IMG/VR virus record: IMGVR_UViG_3300023222_000045
Coordinates: 1-35,618 of that record
Direction: 5' to 3' (one strand)
Source: a virus
Taxonomy: Duplodnaviria > Caudoviricetes
DNA length: 35,618 nucleotides
Translations under genes and position numbers: made by a program
Shown: piece by piece, positions 17,167 through 24,963 of the stretch
Layout of the letters: every line of letters starts with the position of its first letter
How positions within the stretch are numbered: position 1 is the first letter of the stretch
The notes under the pieces: model-generated
The model's input: the letters and a program-made list of their open reading frames with translations, nothing else
Databases searched by the model: none
What the model was told of the DNA's origin: nothing

Positions 17167-17754
17167 TTATTGGTTTAAGTGTTGGTAATATGATTTTAAA
17201 CCATTGTAAACAGCTTCTATCTGTTTAAACTCTTGGGTATCTCTTTTGGTTTCTATTTCATCAGTTGATGAAAAAAACTTATCCCATTCTTTAATATTCC
17301 TTTTCTCGCAGCCTATATGTATTTTATCCCCTGTGATACCTGTTGACCATTTGCAAAACATCGGCACTTTTTTTGCGTCTCTAAGGTCTGCGCCTTCAAG
17401 GTCTGCGCCTTCAAGGTATGCGCCTCTAAGGTATGAGTATCCAAGGTCTGCGCCTCCAAGGTATGCGCCTCTAAGGTATGCGCCTCTAAGGTTTGCGCCT
17501 CCAAGGTTTGCGCCTCCAAGGTATGCGCCTTCAAGGTCTGCGCCTCTAAGGTCTGCGCCTTCAAGGTATGCGCCTTCAAGGTCTGCGCCTCTAAGGTTTG
17601 CGCCTTCAAGGTATGCGCCTCCAAGGTCTGCGCCTCTAAGGTTTGCGCCTTCTTTTAAAGCCTGTAAAACAGTATCTTTAATAGTGTTGTTTTCTTTCTC
17701 GTAGGTGAATATTATCTTACCCGTGAATCTGTTTTTAATCTCTAGCTTTAACAT
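17167..17754 (-). CDS. Pentapeptide repeat protein
   Basis: 18 GA[N/D/Y]L[R/E/G]-type repeats between IKNRFTG N-terminus and IHIGCE C-domain. Confidence 0.9.
   Translation of the reverse strand: MLKLEIKNRFTGKIIFTYEKENNTIKDTVLQALKEGANLRGADLGGAYLEGANLRGADLEGAYLEGADLRGADLEGAYLGGANLGGANLRGAYLRGAYLGGADLGYSYLRGAYLEGADLEGADLRDAKKVPMFCKWSTGITGDKIHIGCEKRNIKEWDKFFSSTDEIETKRDTQEFKQIEAVYNGLKSYYQHLNQ
17380..17650. repeat. 15-bp tandem repeat array (~18 units) encoding the pentapeptides
   Basis: Unit AAGGTxTGCGCCTxx on the plus strand. Confidence 0.9.
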
Positions 17755-17793
17755 TTTATTTAGTTTTTATCTTAGTTTCAGTACTAAGAATAT

Positions 17794-17826
17794 GCTAATT
17801 TACATAAATATATTTATATATCCTAA
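17794..17826 (-). promoter_or_regulatory. Promoter with palindromic operator, copy 4 (start of early region)
   Basis: Same 20-bp core at 17801-17820. Confidence 0.7.
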
Positions 17827-17834
17827 TTATAGGC

Positions 17835-17876
17835 AAAGAAAAACCCGACCTAGTAAAACTAAAAACCTAGTCGGGT
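17835..17876 (-). terminator. Intrinsic terminator of sRNA 1
   Basis: ACCCGACUAG...CUAGGUCGGGU followed by UUUUCUUU. Confidence 0.7.
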
Positions 17877-17940
17877 AAAAATTGCTATGAAAAACCTCTA
17901 ACACATATTGACTACAAAGAATAGCCGTGTTAGTATGATG
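17835..17940 (-). ncRNA. Candidate small RNA 1 (~105 nt)
   Basis: Own promoter, 5' hairpin CUAACAC-GGCUA/UAGUC-GUGUUAG, single-stranded linker, terminal hairpin and U-tract. Confidence 0.55.
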
Positions 17941-17941
17941 G

Positions 17942-17961
17942 TGCTAATATAGTGAAAATAT
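17942..17961 (-). promoter_or_regulatory. 20-bp repeated promoter-like element, copy A
   Basis: TGCTAATATAGTGAAAATAT, identical to 18093-18112; minus strand TATATTAG resembles TAnnTTTG. Confidence 0.6.
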
Positions 17962-17968
17962 ATGACAT

Positions 17969-17995
17969 AAAAAAAGCGATACTATTAATATCGCT
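17969..17995 (-). terminator. Intrinsic terminator of sRNA 2 / late operon
   Basis: AGCGAUA/UAUCGCU stem followed by a U-tract. Confidence 0.75.
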
Positions 17996-18091
17996 CTTGG
18001 TGTATTTTTAAATTTTTTCCTGGCCGGATTAAAATTCAATAAGCATTCAATGAGTTTTAACGCTCAAAATAAACACTTTGCATGTTTCGGA
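17969..18091 (-). ncRNA. Candidate small RNA 2 (~120 nt)
   Basis: Lies between repeated promoter copy B and a terminator; no convincing minus-strand ORF. Confidence 0.45.
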
Positions 18092-18092
18092 C

Positions 18093-18112
18093 TGCTAATA
18101 TAGTGAAAATAT
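18093..18112 (-). promoter_or_regulatory. 20-bp repeated promoter-like element, copy B
   Basis: Identical to 17942-17961. Confidence 0.6.
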
Positions 18113-18117
18113 TTTAA

Positions 18118-18588
18118 TTATTGCTTTCTTATGTTAAACTTGCTAGTCCACTTATCCATAATCTTACGCATAAAGCTACGAAACCCTAGTACATCAACCA
18201 CAACCGCAACCAATACATACATGTACCAGTCTGGTAACTCGTTTAAGCTCTGCCAAGATTCTTTTGTATACTCATTAAGTTTAACCCAAGAACTATCCTT
18301 AAAAGCTATTATAAAAGGTGTTACCGCTGCAATTGCAACAGGTGTTAAGAATAAGTATGTTACTACTTCGTCCTTTAAAGTGTATTTCTTATTTCGTGCT
18401 GTTATTAAATCTATGCTATTGTCAGACTCGGTGTTATTCATTACCCTATCAACAATTGCCTTAGTCTCAGCCTTTACAATTTCATGCCCTTGTAGTTGCT
18501 TTAACTCTTTTAACTTTGCTTTTCTTTCTAGTACGCCTTTACCTATTCCGAAAAGGTTGCCTATAAGTCCTATTATTGGTAGTGCCAT
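18118..18588 (-). CDS. Putative holin
   Basis: Adjacent to endolysin; hydrophobic segments, LPDWY...GFRS and basic C-terminus. Confidence 0.6.
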   Translation of the reverse strand: MALPIIGLIGNLFGIGKGVLERKAKLKELKQLQGHEIVKAETKAIVDRVMNNTESDNSIDLITARNKKYTLKDEVVTYLFLTPVAIAAVTPFIIAFKDSSWVKLNEYTKESWQSLNELPDWYMYVLVAVVVDVLGFRSFMRKIMDKWTSKFNIRKQ

Positions 18589-18592
18589 AATG

Positions 18593-19048
18593 TTAAGGTT
18601 TTATTATTAATGGTTTATCACTTGTATTCATAACTGCCACATGACACCATGTAGGAGTGAATTTACGATCTTCCATTGCGTTAATGTTTTTTATTTTACC
18701 TGACTCTATTAAGTCATAAACAAAATACCAAAATTCTTCGTGCTTATTGTTTTTTGGTTTTAAGTCCCCCGCTTTAAATAATTTATGCAAACTAAATGCA
18801 GAGCCTTTTTTTAAATACTCTTGATTCCAATGTCTAGCTCCAGAGTGTTTAAATTGAGAACCATTATACATGCCATTAATTACTATGTATGGATTATCTG
18901 AATGAAGTTTCCCCCACTCTATCCTAATAATATCAATATCCATCAAATAGCCTTTATCTAATCTCATCCAGCAATTTGTTTCTCCAATATCTTTTATGAT
19001 TTGAGGATTAACTAACTCGTGTATTGTGAAATATTCAGTCTTGTACAT
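18593..19048 (-). CDS. Putative endolysin (peptidase M15-like)
   Basis: YFTIHELV start, SLH-x6-D and WCHV zinc-ligand pattern. Confidence 0.7.
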   Translation of the reverse strand: MYKTEYFTIHELVNPQIIKDIGETNCWMRLDKGYLMDIDIIRIEWGKLHSDNPYIVINGMYNGSQFKHSGARHWNQEYLKKGSAFSLHKLFKAGDLKPKNNKHEEFWYFVYDLIESGKIKNINAMEDRKFTPTWCHVAVMNTSDKPLIIKP

Positions 19049-19326
19049 TAGTCTCTGTTTTTCTTGTTCTGCATATCTACTCGTAATGCGCTGATCTCTT
19101 TAAGTATATTTATGTAGTGGATATTTTGCTTATCCTGAATTAACTTAACATCTTCTCTTATGTATTTTACCTCTTCTACAGCCTTGGTTACATCTTTGCT
19201 GTTTTGAATTATTTTTGCGGTATCGTTAGAGAATCTTACCTCTACGTTTTTTACCCATATTCCAAACGGAATAACGAAAATAGCCATTATAGTCAATAGG
19301 TGTCCGAATCTTACTTCATTTTTCAT
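19048..19326 (-). CDS. Membrane-anchored coiled-coil protein (lysis module)
   Basis: N-terminal TM helix followed by coiled coil. Confidence 0.65.
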   Translation of the reverse strand: MKNEVRFGHLLTIMAIFVIPFGIWVKNVEVRFSNDTAKIIQNSKDVTKAVEEVKYIREDVKLIQDKQNIHYINILKEISALRVDMQNKKNRD

Positions 19327-19670
19327 TTAATTATCTTTTTGTAATACATTCTAGCCAAAACTAGATATGCAGGGATTAAAAGCAAGCTACCAAGTTGATT
19401 GTAATTAACAAAATAGCTTATCCAGGTTAATAGTGAAATTATAAATAAAGGCTTAAAAACAACCCTATCCAATCTTATTAAAAAATATGTTAACACAGAA
19501 AAATCAAACAAGACTGAAATATCATAAAGTATATTGGTTAAATACCTTTTGTGATTATACAGTAAGTAAACATCATATTTGCTGTTATTGTCAAAAAACA
19601 ATACGTGCAATCCCCCAATTACAAACACCGCAATAATTCCAATATAATATTTCAATCTTGTTTTACTCAT
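19323..19670 (-). CDS. Multi-pass membrane protein
   Basis: About four hydrophobic segments. Confidence 0.7.
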   Translation of the reverse strand: MSKTRLKYYIGIIAVFVIGGLHVLFFDNNSKYDVYLLYNHKRYLTNILYDISVLFDFSVLTYFLIRLDRVVFKPLFIISLLTWISYFVNYNQLGSLLLIPAYLVLARMYYKKIIK

Positions 19671-19760
19671 TTACTTCTCCTCTTTGTCTGGATCAGGATT
19701 ACCTGAACCTGTTAAGTCGGTTTCTTCGTCGCCGTCTGGCATCTTGTAAAAATCTCTCAT
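19671..19760 (-). CDS. Small acidic peptide (29 aa)
   Basis: MRDFYKMPDGDEETDLTGSGNPDPDKEEK; its stop abuts the next ATG. Confidence 0.55.
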   Translation of the reverse strand: MRDFYKMPDGDEETDLTGSGNPDPDKEEK

Positions 19761-19787
19761 TGTATATATAATTAATTGTTAACTTTC

Positions 19788-20042
19788 TTATGCTATAACA
19801 TGTTTAGGGCTCTTTGGGTGTATTTCGTATTCGTTCCAATCCTGAGAAACTTCTGTACTCCAAACAACATCAACACACCACCCACTCGATAAAACAGGCT
19901 CTTTTACAACCTTTTCACTATCGTAAACGCCCTGCCTTATTATTAATTTATTTAATTTAATTCGCTGGTTTGATAAATCCAATTCTTTTAATTTATCTGT
20001 TAACAGTTTCTTTGTTGGAAACTCGTATTTTTTATGTATCAT
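19788..20042 (-). CDS. Hypothetical protein following tail fibre genes
   Basis: KKYEF...CVDVVW...PKSPKH; possible fibre chaperone by position. Confidence 0.7.
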   Translation of the reverse strand: MIHKKYEFPTKKLLTDKLKELDLSNQRIKLNKLIIRQGVYDSEKVVKEPVLSSGWCVDVVWSTEVSQDWNEYEIHPKSPKHVIA

Positions 20043-20044
20043 AA

Positions 20045-21244
20045 TTAATAATCTGTTGCTGAATCAAAAACCTTGATAAACTCTGTTTTACCGAAAAACT
20101 CCGTAGTGCCTGGAATACCGTTATTAAAACTAAGTGTATTTAAAGTGTCCTCGGAGAATGTTCCGCTAGTTGTGTTTGTGTCAACTTCAACTCCATTTAT
20201 CTTTAGTCCAAAATCATTTATTTTATACTTTAATGATATTTCTGTAAATTCTGTTAGGTCTGCGACTGTTGTTGATGTGCTCCATAATAAAGCGCCGTTA
20301 AAAATTAAAACACCAATCGTGTCTGTTCCTGTTAAGAATAAAGAAACTACATTGCTTGTCGTTCCGTCACTTATAGTTATGTATCTAGCCCCCTCATCCA
20401 TAGAGCTCAATGCGGCTACTTTTATGTTTAAAACACCTTCTACACTGTTAAACGTATTAACGTCACCCGCTCCCGTTACTTGATCTATTAACCTCGTTGC
20501 TATTGCCCCCATGGTCACGATATATGAAGTAGCAAATTTAGTTTCTTCTAGTTGCGAACCCCATATATAGACCGACCCATTAGAGGCTCTTATTTGAGCG
20601 CTTCCAGTTGTTCCAGATCCTTTTATTCCTTTTAGACAAACCCTATACCATCCATTACTAAACGACTCGAAATTGCTACTTTGATTCGTCCAACTGCCAC
20701 TAGATAAATTATTAGTTAAAGTTTCACTATCAAAATTAAAAATCACTGAAATTTGACCCGTACTGTTATCTGTTAAAACAAGAGTTACCGCGTCTAAATC
20801 TACTTTTTTAACAAAGCACGACCAAGTTACATCGCCATTTGCTACAGTGGGACTGGTTGATTTTCTTACATTAGAGCCTGAGCTAGATGACAAATACAAA
20901 TCACCATCCATTTCACCAGTAGGAGACAGCACTTGGTCACTTGTTATTGATCCATCTGTTACACTCCAACTAGAATCGTTAAAATCCTGTGAGAAAGTTA
21001 TTAAGTTTGTAGACTGTGGATTTGTTAAGACGAATTTATTACCTAATTTCGTTTCGATTCTAGGTACATTATCGGCAGCCGTTTGCATTAACCCATTAGA
21101 ACCAATAAAAGTTGCTAGACTATCTCTGTTTGCATCAAAAGGCTGCGGAACAAATCTACCGTTTGTTAATTCCTGATGCGCTAATAAACCCCCTTCTTTT
21201 ATATGAAAGTCCGCTCCTTTTCCTAATTCTAATACTTTAGCCAT
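20045..21244 (-). CDS. Tail fibre/spike protein with beta-sandwich (LamG/ConA-like) domains
   Basis: Ser/Thr/Gly-rich; STNLITFSQDF, NGWYR, WGSQLE, TSYI motifs. Confidence 0.7.
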   Translation of the reverse strand: MAKVLELGKGADFHIKEGGLLAHQELTNGRFVPQPFDANRDSLATFIGSNGLMQTAADNVPRIETKLGNKFVLTNPQSTNLITFSQDFNDSSWSVTDGSITSDQVLSPTGEMDGDLYLSSSSGSNVRKSTSPTVANGDVTWSCFVKKVDLDAVTLVLTDNSTGQISVIFNFDSETLTNNLSSGSWTNQSSNFESFSNGWYRVCLKGIKGSGTTGSAQIRASNGSVYIWGSQLEETKFATSYIVTMGAIATRLIDQVTGAGDVNTFNSVEGVLNIKVAALSSMDEGARYITISDGTTSNVVSLFLTGTDTIGVLIFNGALLWSTSTTVADLTEFTEISLKYKINDFGLKINGVEVDTNTTSGTFSEDTLNTLSFNNGIPGTTEFFGKTEFIKVFDSATDY

Positions 21245-22263
21245 TATATAGTTGTATATTTAAAGTTATTAACCAGGTCTTCTAATGTTACAAAAGATGT
21301 TTCAATCGATAAATCAATTGTTGGATCATCAGAGTACCATGTTTTTAGCGTCTTGCCTTTATAGTTATTTAATCCAGAAGCAGCGCCATTATGAAAATCA
21401 ATAGATTTTAAAACATCACCTGTTATTTGCGTATAACTAGAGTTAGTGCCTCTTAAGACACCATTAACCCAAAACTCCATTACTGGGAAGTTCCAGAATA
21501 AAGCAATTTTATTAAACTCTTGTAAAGAATGTGGCTCGTGTTCTAAACTAACATCTACACCGCTTTCATATCGTTCATAAAATAACTTATCATTATCAGC
21601 GCTTTTCTTTCTTAATCTAAAGTTTGTGTTTTCATCATCGGCAACAGATATAAACATATCTTCCGTGCCGTCCGCAAACATATTAGTATGTAAAAATAAT
21701 ATCCCCTTGTCGTCGTTAAATATAGAAACGTCTTCATACCCGCTTACATCATCTTTAGCCCTTGTACCTACTACGTAGCTAGTCGCATACGTTTGTAGTT
21801 CTACTTGTGCGTTTGTTACTGTCCCCGTTACCGTACTTGTAAGCGTTCCCGCTGTAGCCGCAAAAGTTAAAGTAACCCGATTGCTTACACCTGTACCAAC
21901 CAAAGAGCCTACAAAAGTACCCGAAAAGGTAATTGTACCTGTTCCGTAAAATGACACCGTGTAAGTGTCTAGTATTGTTGTAACGTTTTGCGTAGCTAGA
22001 ACATCAGGTGTAACATATAAATTTACTGTAGCCGCTTCTGTTAGCAAGGTATTACATGCAAAGTCTGAAAAATCAGCTCTTGGCACATTTGCCGCCACTG
22101 TTTCAACTACTCCGCTGCTATTTGTTCTAGTTGCGTTCGTCCCCGATCTTGTCACCGTGTAATCTAAAGCCCCTAATAATGGTAGTAAGTTAAACAACCT
22201 ACTAACCCCTACACCGAAACCTGTACCAAATGCCACCTTTAATTTACTATATATTCCCGCCAT
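21244..22263 (-). CDS. Tail fibre/spike protein, paralog of 20045..21244
   Basis: Shared NVPR, QVE..ATSY and (V/I)NG(V) motifs. Confidence 0.7.
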   Translation of the reverse strand: MAGIYSKLKVAFGTGFGVGVSRLFNLLPLLGALDYTVTRSGTNATRTNSSGVVETVAANVPRADFSDFACNTLLTEAATVNLYVTPDVLATQNVTTILDTYTVSFYGTGTITFSGTFVGSLVGTGVSNRVTLTFAATAGTLTSTVTGTVTNAQVELQTYATSYVVGTRAKDDVSGYEDVSIFNDDKGILFLHTNMFADGTEDMFISVADDENTNFRLRKKSADNDKLFYERYESGVDVSLEHEPHSLQEFNKIALFWNFPVMEFWVNGVLRGTNSSYTQITGDVLKSIDFHNGAASGLNNYKGKTLKTWYSDDPTIDLSIETSFVTLEDLVNNFKYTTI

Positions 22264-22264
22264 T

Positions 22265-22783
22265 TTATCCTGTTATTAATCTTTCTATAAATATTTTAGT
22301 ACAATTTACACTAGATAATGTACCCCCGTTAGCCTCTACAAATTCCTTATAAGTAAAGAATATACTATCAAACTCGTTTATAGGCTCACCAAATCCAACC
22401 ATTGCCCCACTAAAAGACACGTTCTCGTCTATTACTGACTCGTCCGATACAGATTCTAAATAAGCGCTACCATAGTCAAAATTACCATCACCTACAGAAA
22501 TACGCCAATCTACCAGCGTTCTTTCTCTCTTTAAACTTCTTATTTGATTATATGTAACCTTATCAGTCTGAAAGTAATCTTTTGTTACTAAACCGCTAAA
22601 CTCTATGTTATAATTTTGTGTTGTAGGCCTTGAGCTTTCCCATCCGTTAGAGTTATCTCTTGTGGTGGTTGGTAGCATTGTAGCTGACTCTGAAAACGTA
22701 TTATCGGTAAGACATCCAATAGGTAAATAATTCTCACCTATTTTAAAGTATAATATTCTTATTGCGCCGTTTATAAACTCCAT
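22265..22783 (-). CDS. Tail-tube-like protein (second paralog)
   Basis: FING...LY...PIGCLTDNTFSE resembles 27619..28065; TATCTTTG promoter just upstream. Confidence 0.65.
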   Translation of the reverse strand: MEFINGAIRILYFKIGENYLPIGCLTDNTFSESATMLPTTTRDNSNGWESSRPTTQNYNIEFSGLVTKDYFQTDKVTYNQIRSLKRERTLVDWRISVGDGNFDYGSAYLESVSDESVIDENVSFSGAMVGFGEPINEFDSIFFTYKEFVEANGGTLSSVNCTKIFIERLITG

Positions 22784-22811
22784 TTGTTCAAAGATACTAT
22801 TTTTTTATTGA

Positions 22812-24665
22812 TTATCCTTTTATTGTTGGTTTAACAGTATTACCAAAGTCCAAAGTAAGTTCATAAAGTATATCTGTTAGCTCATCGCCGTATATTTGCT
22901 TAAACTCAAACTCTGTAATATTCGCCTTAGTATCGTAAACATAAGATACAGGCATAAACTTGCCTGTTACATTATTTATGTTAACTAAACTAAGATAGGG
23001 AATGTAGCCATAAACAGAGCCGCTAAAAAGTCTCTTTGTAGCCGAATTTAATCGTAATGTTTCCTCTCCCATTATCTGTAGCAATGCTTTAGACTCTGTA
23101 ACTCCTTTTCTAAACCAGAAATCCGTAGGAGTTGTTTCGTCTGTCTTATATATTGTACCATAGTAAACATCAGAGGGGTTATCCCCGTTGCTTACTTCTT
23201 TAGTGTCTTTAATGTTTGCGCTAGGGTTGTCCTCTCTTTGGAACGTGTGAAACTCTCCTTTTATATTTGTGTTTGACTCAACTGGAGATATGGAAACCTC
23301 TTGTAAATGAACCACGGACGTACTAGTAGCCAAAGCGTCTTTTATAGATGTATGTATCTCAAACGTTAAATCTCCCGCAATTGGCAAAGGCGTTAGGTTT
23401 ACCGTTTGACTTGTTACCTGTCCTAAATTACCTATAGGGGTTGTTAACATAACGTCAAATAATGCCCAGTCGGTTATATTCCAGAAGTAAGTAGTCCCGC
23501 CGTCGGTTAATATTATTTTATACTGTGTTTCTCCTGGATCGATAAACCCCCCTGTTTTATTATTCTCAATAACTTTATACCTATAAGTATATGTTAATTG
23601 ATCGTTTGCACTTAAACTTATTACATCGGAAGTCATATTTTTAACATCAGACCCGTCTGCAATAGTCTCTAAATCCACCCCTAAATTAGAAGCGTTAAAA
23701 GTTAGATTTGTAAAGCTGTCAATAGTCCATTCATCTATAACACCTAGTACATTCTCTAAAAGTATGTTTGCAAGTAAAGATTGAACTAATCCGTATTTAT
23801 AGCTTATTCTATAAGCACCGATACTTTTATCATTCTCTAATCTTTGGTTTGCGTTACAATGATGAGGAAAGAAAGAATCTACTTGACTACCTAAATTATA
23901 TGCAATATCAACGGTTTTTGTAGTTGGCGCTAATACAACCCCATCATTATCATATCTAAAAAAAGTCGGTGTACTGTCTGAAAATATCTGATTTGGTTTA
24001 TATAAATACCATTCACCCTCAAAAGTAGTAATACAAGCCGCAAAAGGCTCTAATACACTTCTTAGAACTTCGTCACAACTCATTATTGTTTCGTTGTCGT
24101 CCTTAACGAATCTATTCGCATTAAAATAAACGTTATCCATTATATCTAAAGTAGTAGATAAACCCTCGTAATATATATCAATGTTTGTGTTAATGTTTTG
24201 TTCTACACCTGTTCTATTCAGACAATTAACCACTATTTCTAATAGACTTTGTTTACCTGAGAAAGTAATCCCAGAACTATCTACATAGGATAAGTCTTTT
24301 AAATAACCTAAACCATCGACACAACTTAACGATATAATCCAGTGGTCAGAGACAAAATCCTCAAATAAGCCATCACTATCTAGCCATCCATTAAATAAAA
24401 CTACATTATCTCTTTTATATATTACGCTCCAAGTTCTATCGACCTCAGAATATAAATCTTCAAAAGTTAACGCAATGTTAGCGTCTAATTCCGCTCTTAA
24501 CCCCTTTCCTCTTATAGCCTCAATAGCGTCATCTGTTTCGGCATAGTCCATAATAACAGAGCCGCTTATCTCAGTAGTTGACCCTACATAAGTATCACTA
24601 GAAATCTCTAATCTATGTACAATATTCTCTGTATCGTTGTATTCTAAAAAGTACTTCTGAGCCAT
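22812..24665 (-). CDS. Tail tip / hub structural protein
   Basis: 617 aa directly after the tape measure region; CVDGLGYLKD and EWYLY motifs. Confidence 0.65.
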   Translation of the reverse strand: MAQKYFLEYNDTENIVHRLEISSDTYVGSTTEISGSVIMDYAETDDAIEAIRGKGLRAELDANIALTFEDLYSEVDRTWSVIYKRDNVVLFNGWLDSDGLFEDFVSDHWIISLSCVDGLGYLKDLSYVDSSGITFSGKQSLLEIVVNCLNRTGVEQNINTNIDIYYEGLSTTLDIMDNVYFNANRFVKDDNETIMSCDEVLRSVLEPFAACITTFEGEWYLYKPNQIFSDSTPTFFRYDNDGVVLAPTTKTVDIAYNLGSQVDSFFPHHCNANQRLENDKSIGAYRISYKYGLVQSLLANILLENVLGVIDEWTIDSFTNLTFNASNLGVDLETIADGSDVKNMTSDVISLSANDQLTYTYRYKVIENNKTGGFIDPGETQYKIILTDGGTTYFWNITDWALFDVMLTTPIGNLGQVTSQTVNLTPLPIAGDLTFEIHTSIKDALATSTSVVHLQEVSISPVESNTNIKGEFHTFQREDNPSANIKDTKEVSNGDNPSDVYYGTIYKTDETTPTDFWFRKGVTESKALLQIMGEETLRLNSATKRLFSGSVYGYIPYLSLVNINNVTGKFMPVSYVYDTKANITEFEFKQIYGDELTDILYELTLDFGNTVKPTIKG

Positions 24666-24711
24666 TTATTTAATTTTATGTATCTTTATATAAACTAAAA
24701 ACTTCAATATT

Positions 24712-24963
24712 ATGAAAAAAATACTACTTATTACTATTATAATGTTTCTTAGCTGTTCTAAAGATACGGTTTTTCCAGAACCCGCAGAAACAAATTTAGA
24801 TTGCGACTGTACGGAGAAACTATATCAAGTTAGTTCAATAGGTACGCACATATTAATTAATACAATAAATGTATCAATACTTTGCTCTTTAAATGGTGAT
24901 GTATTCGATAAAACATATAACGGTAATAGACTAATAAAATACAAAATATATAATTGTAATTAA
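24712..24963 (+). CDS. Lipoprotein on the opposite strand (moron-like)
   Basis: Signal peptide MKKILLITIIMFLS-C lipobox; own A-rich leader; four more Cys. Confidence 0.75.
   Translation: MKKILLITIIMFLSCSKDTVFPEPAETNLDCDCTEKLYQVSSIGTHILINTINVSILCSLNGDVFDKTYNGNRLIKYKIYNCN

Noticed and set aside
17380-17650. CRISPR array or DGR variable region
   Set aside because: No spacers, the repeats are coding, and no reverse transcriptase or template repeat is visible
17246-17704. Overlapping repeat ORFs (RSAPS.. on plus strand, AQTLE.. on minus strand)
   Set aside because: Shadow frames of the stop-free 15-bp repeat
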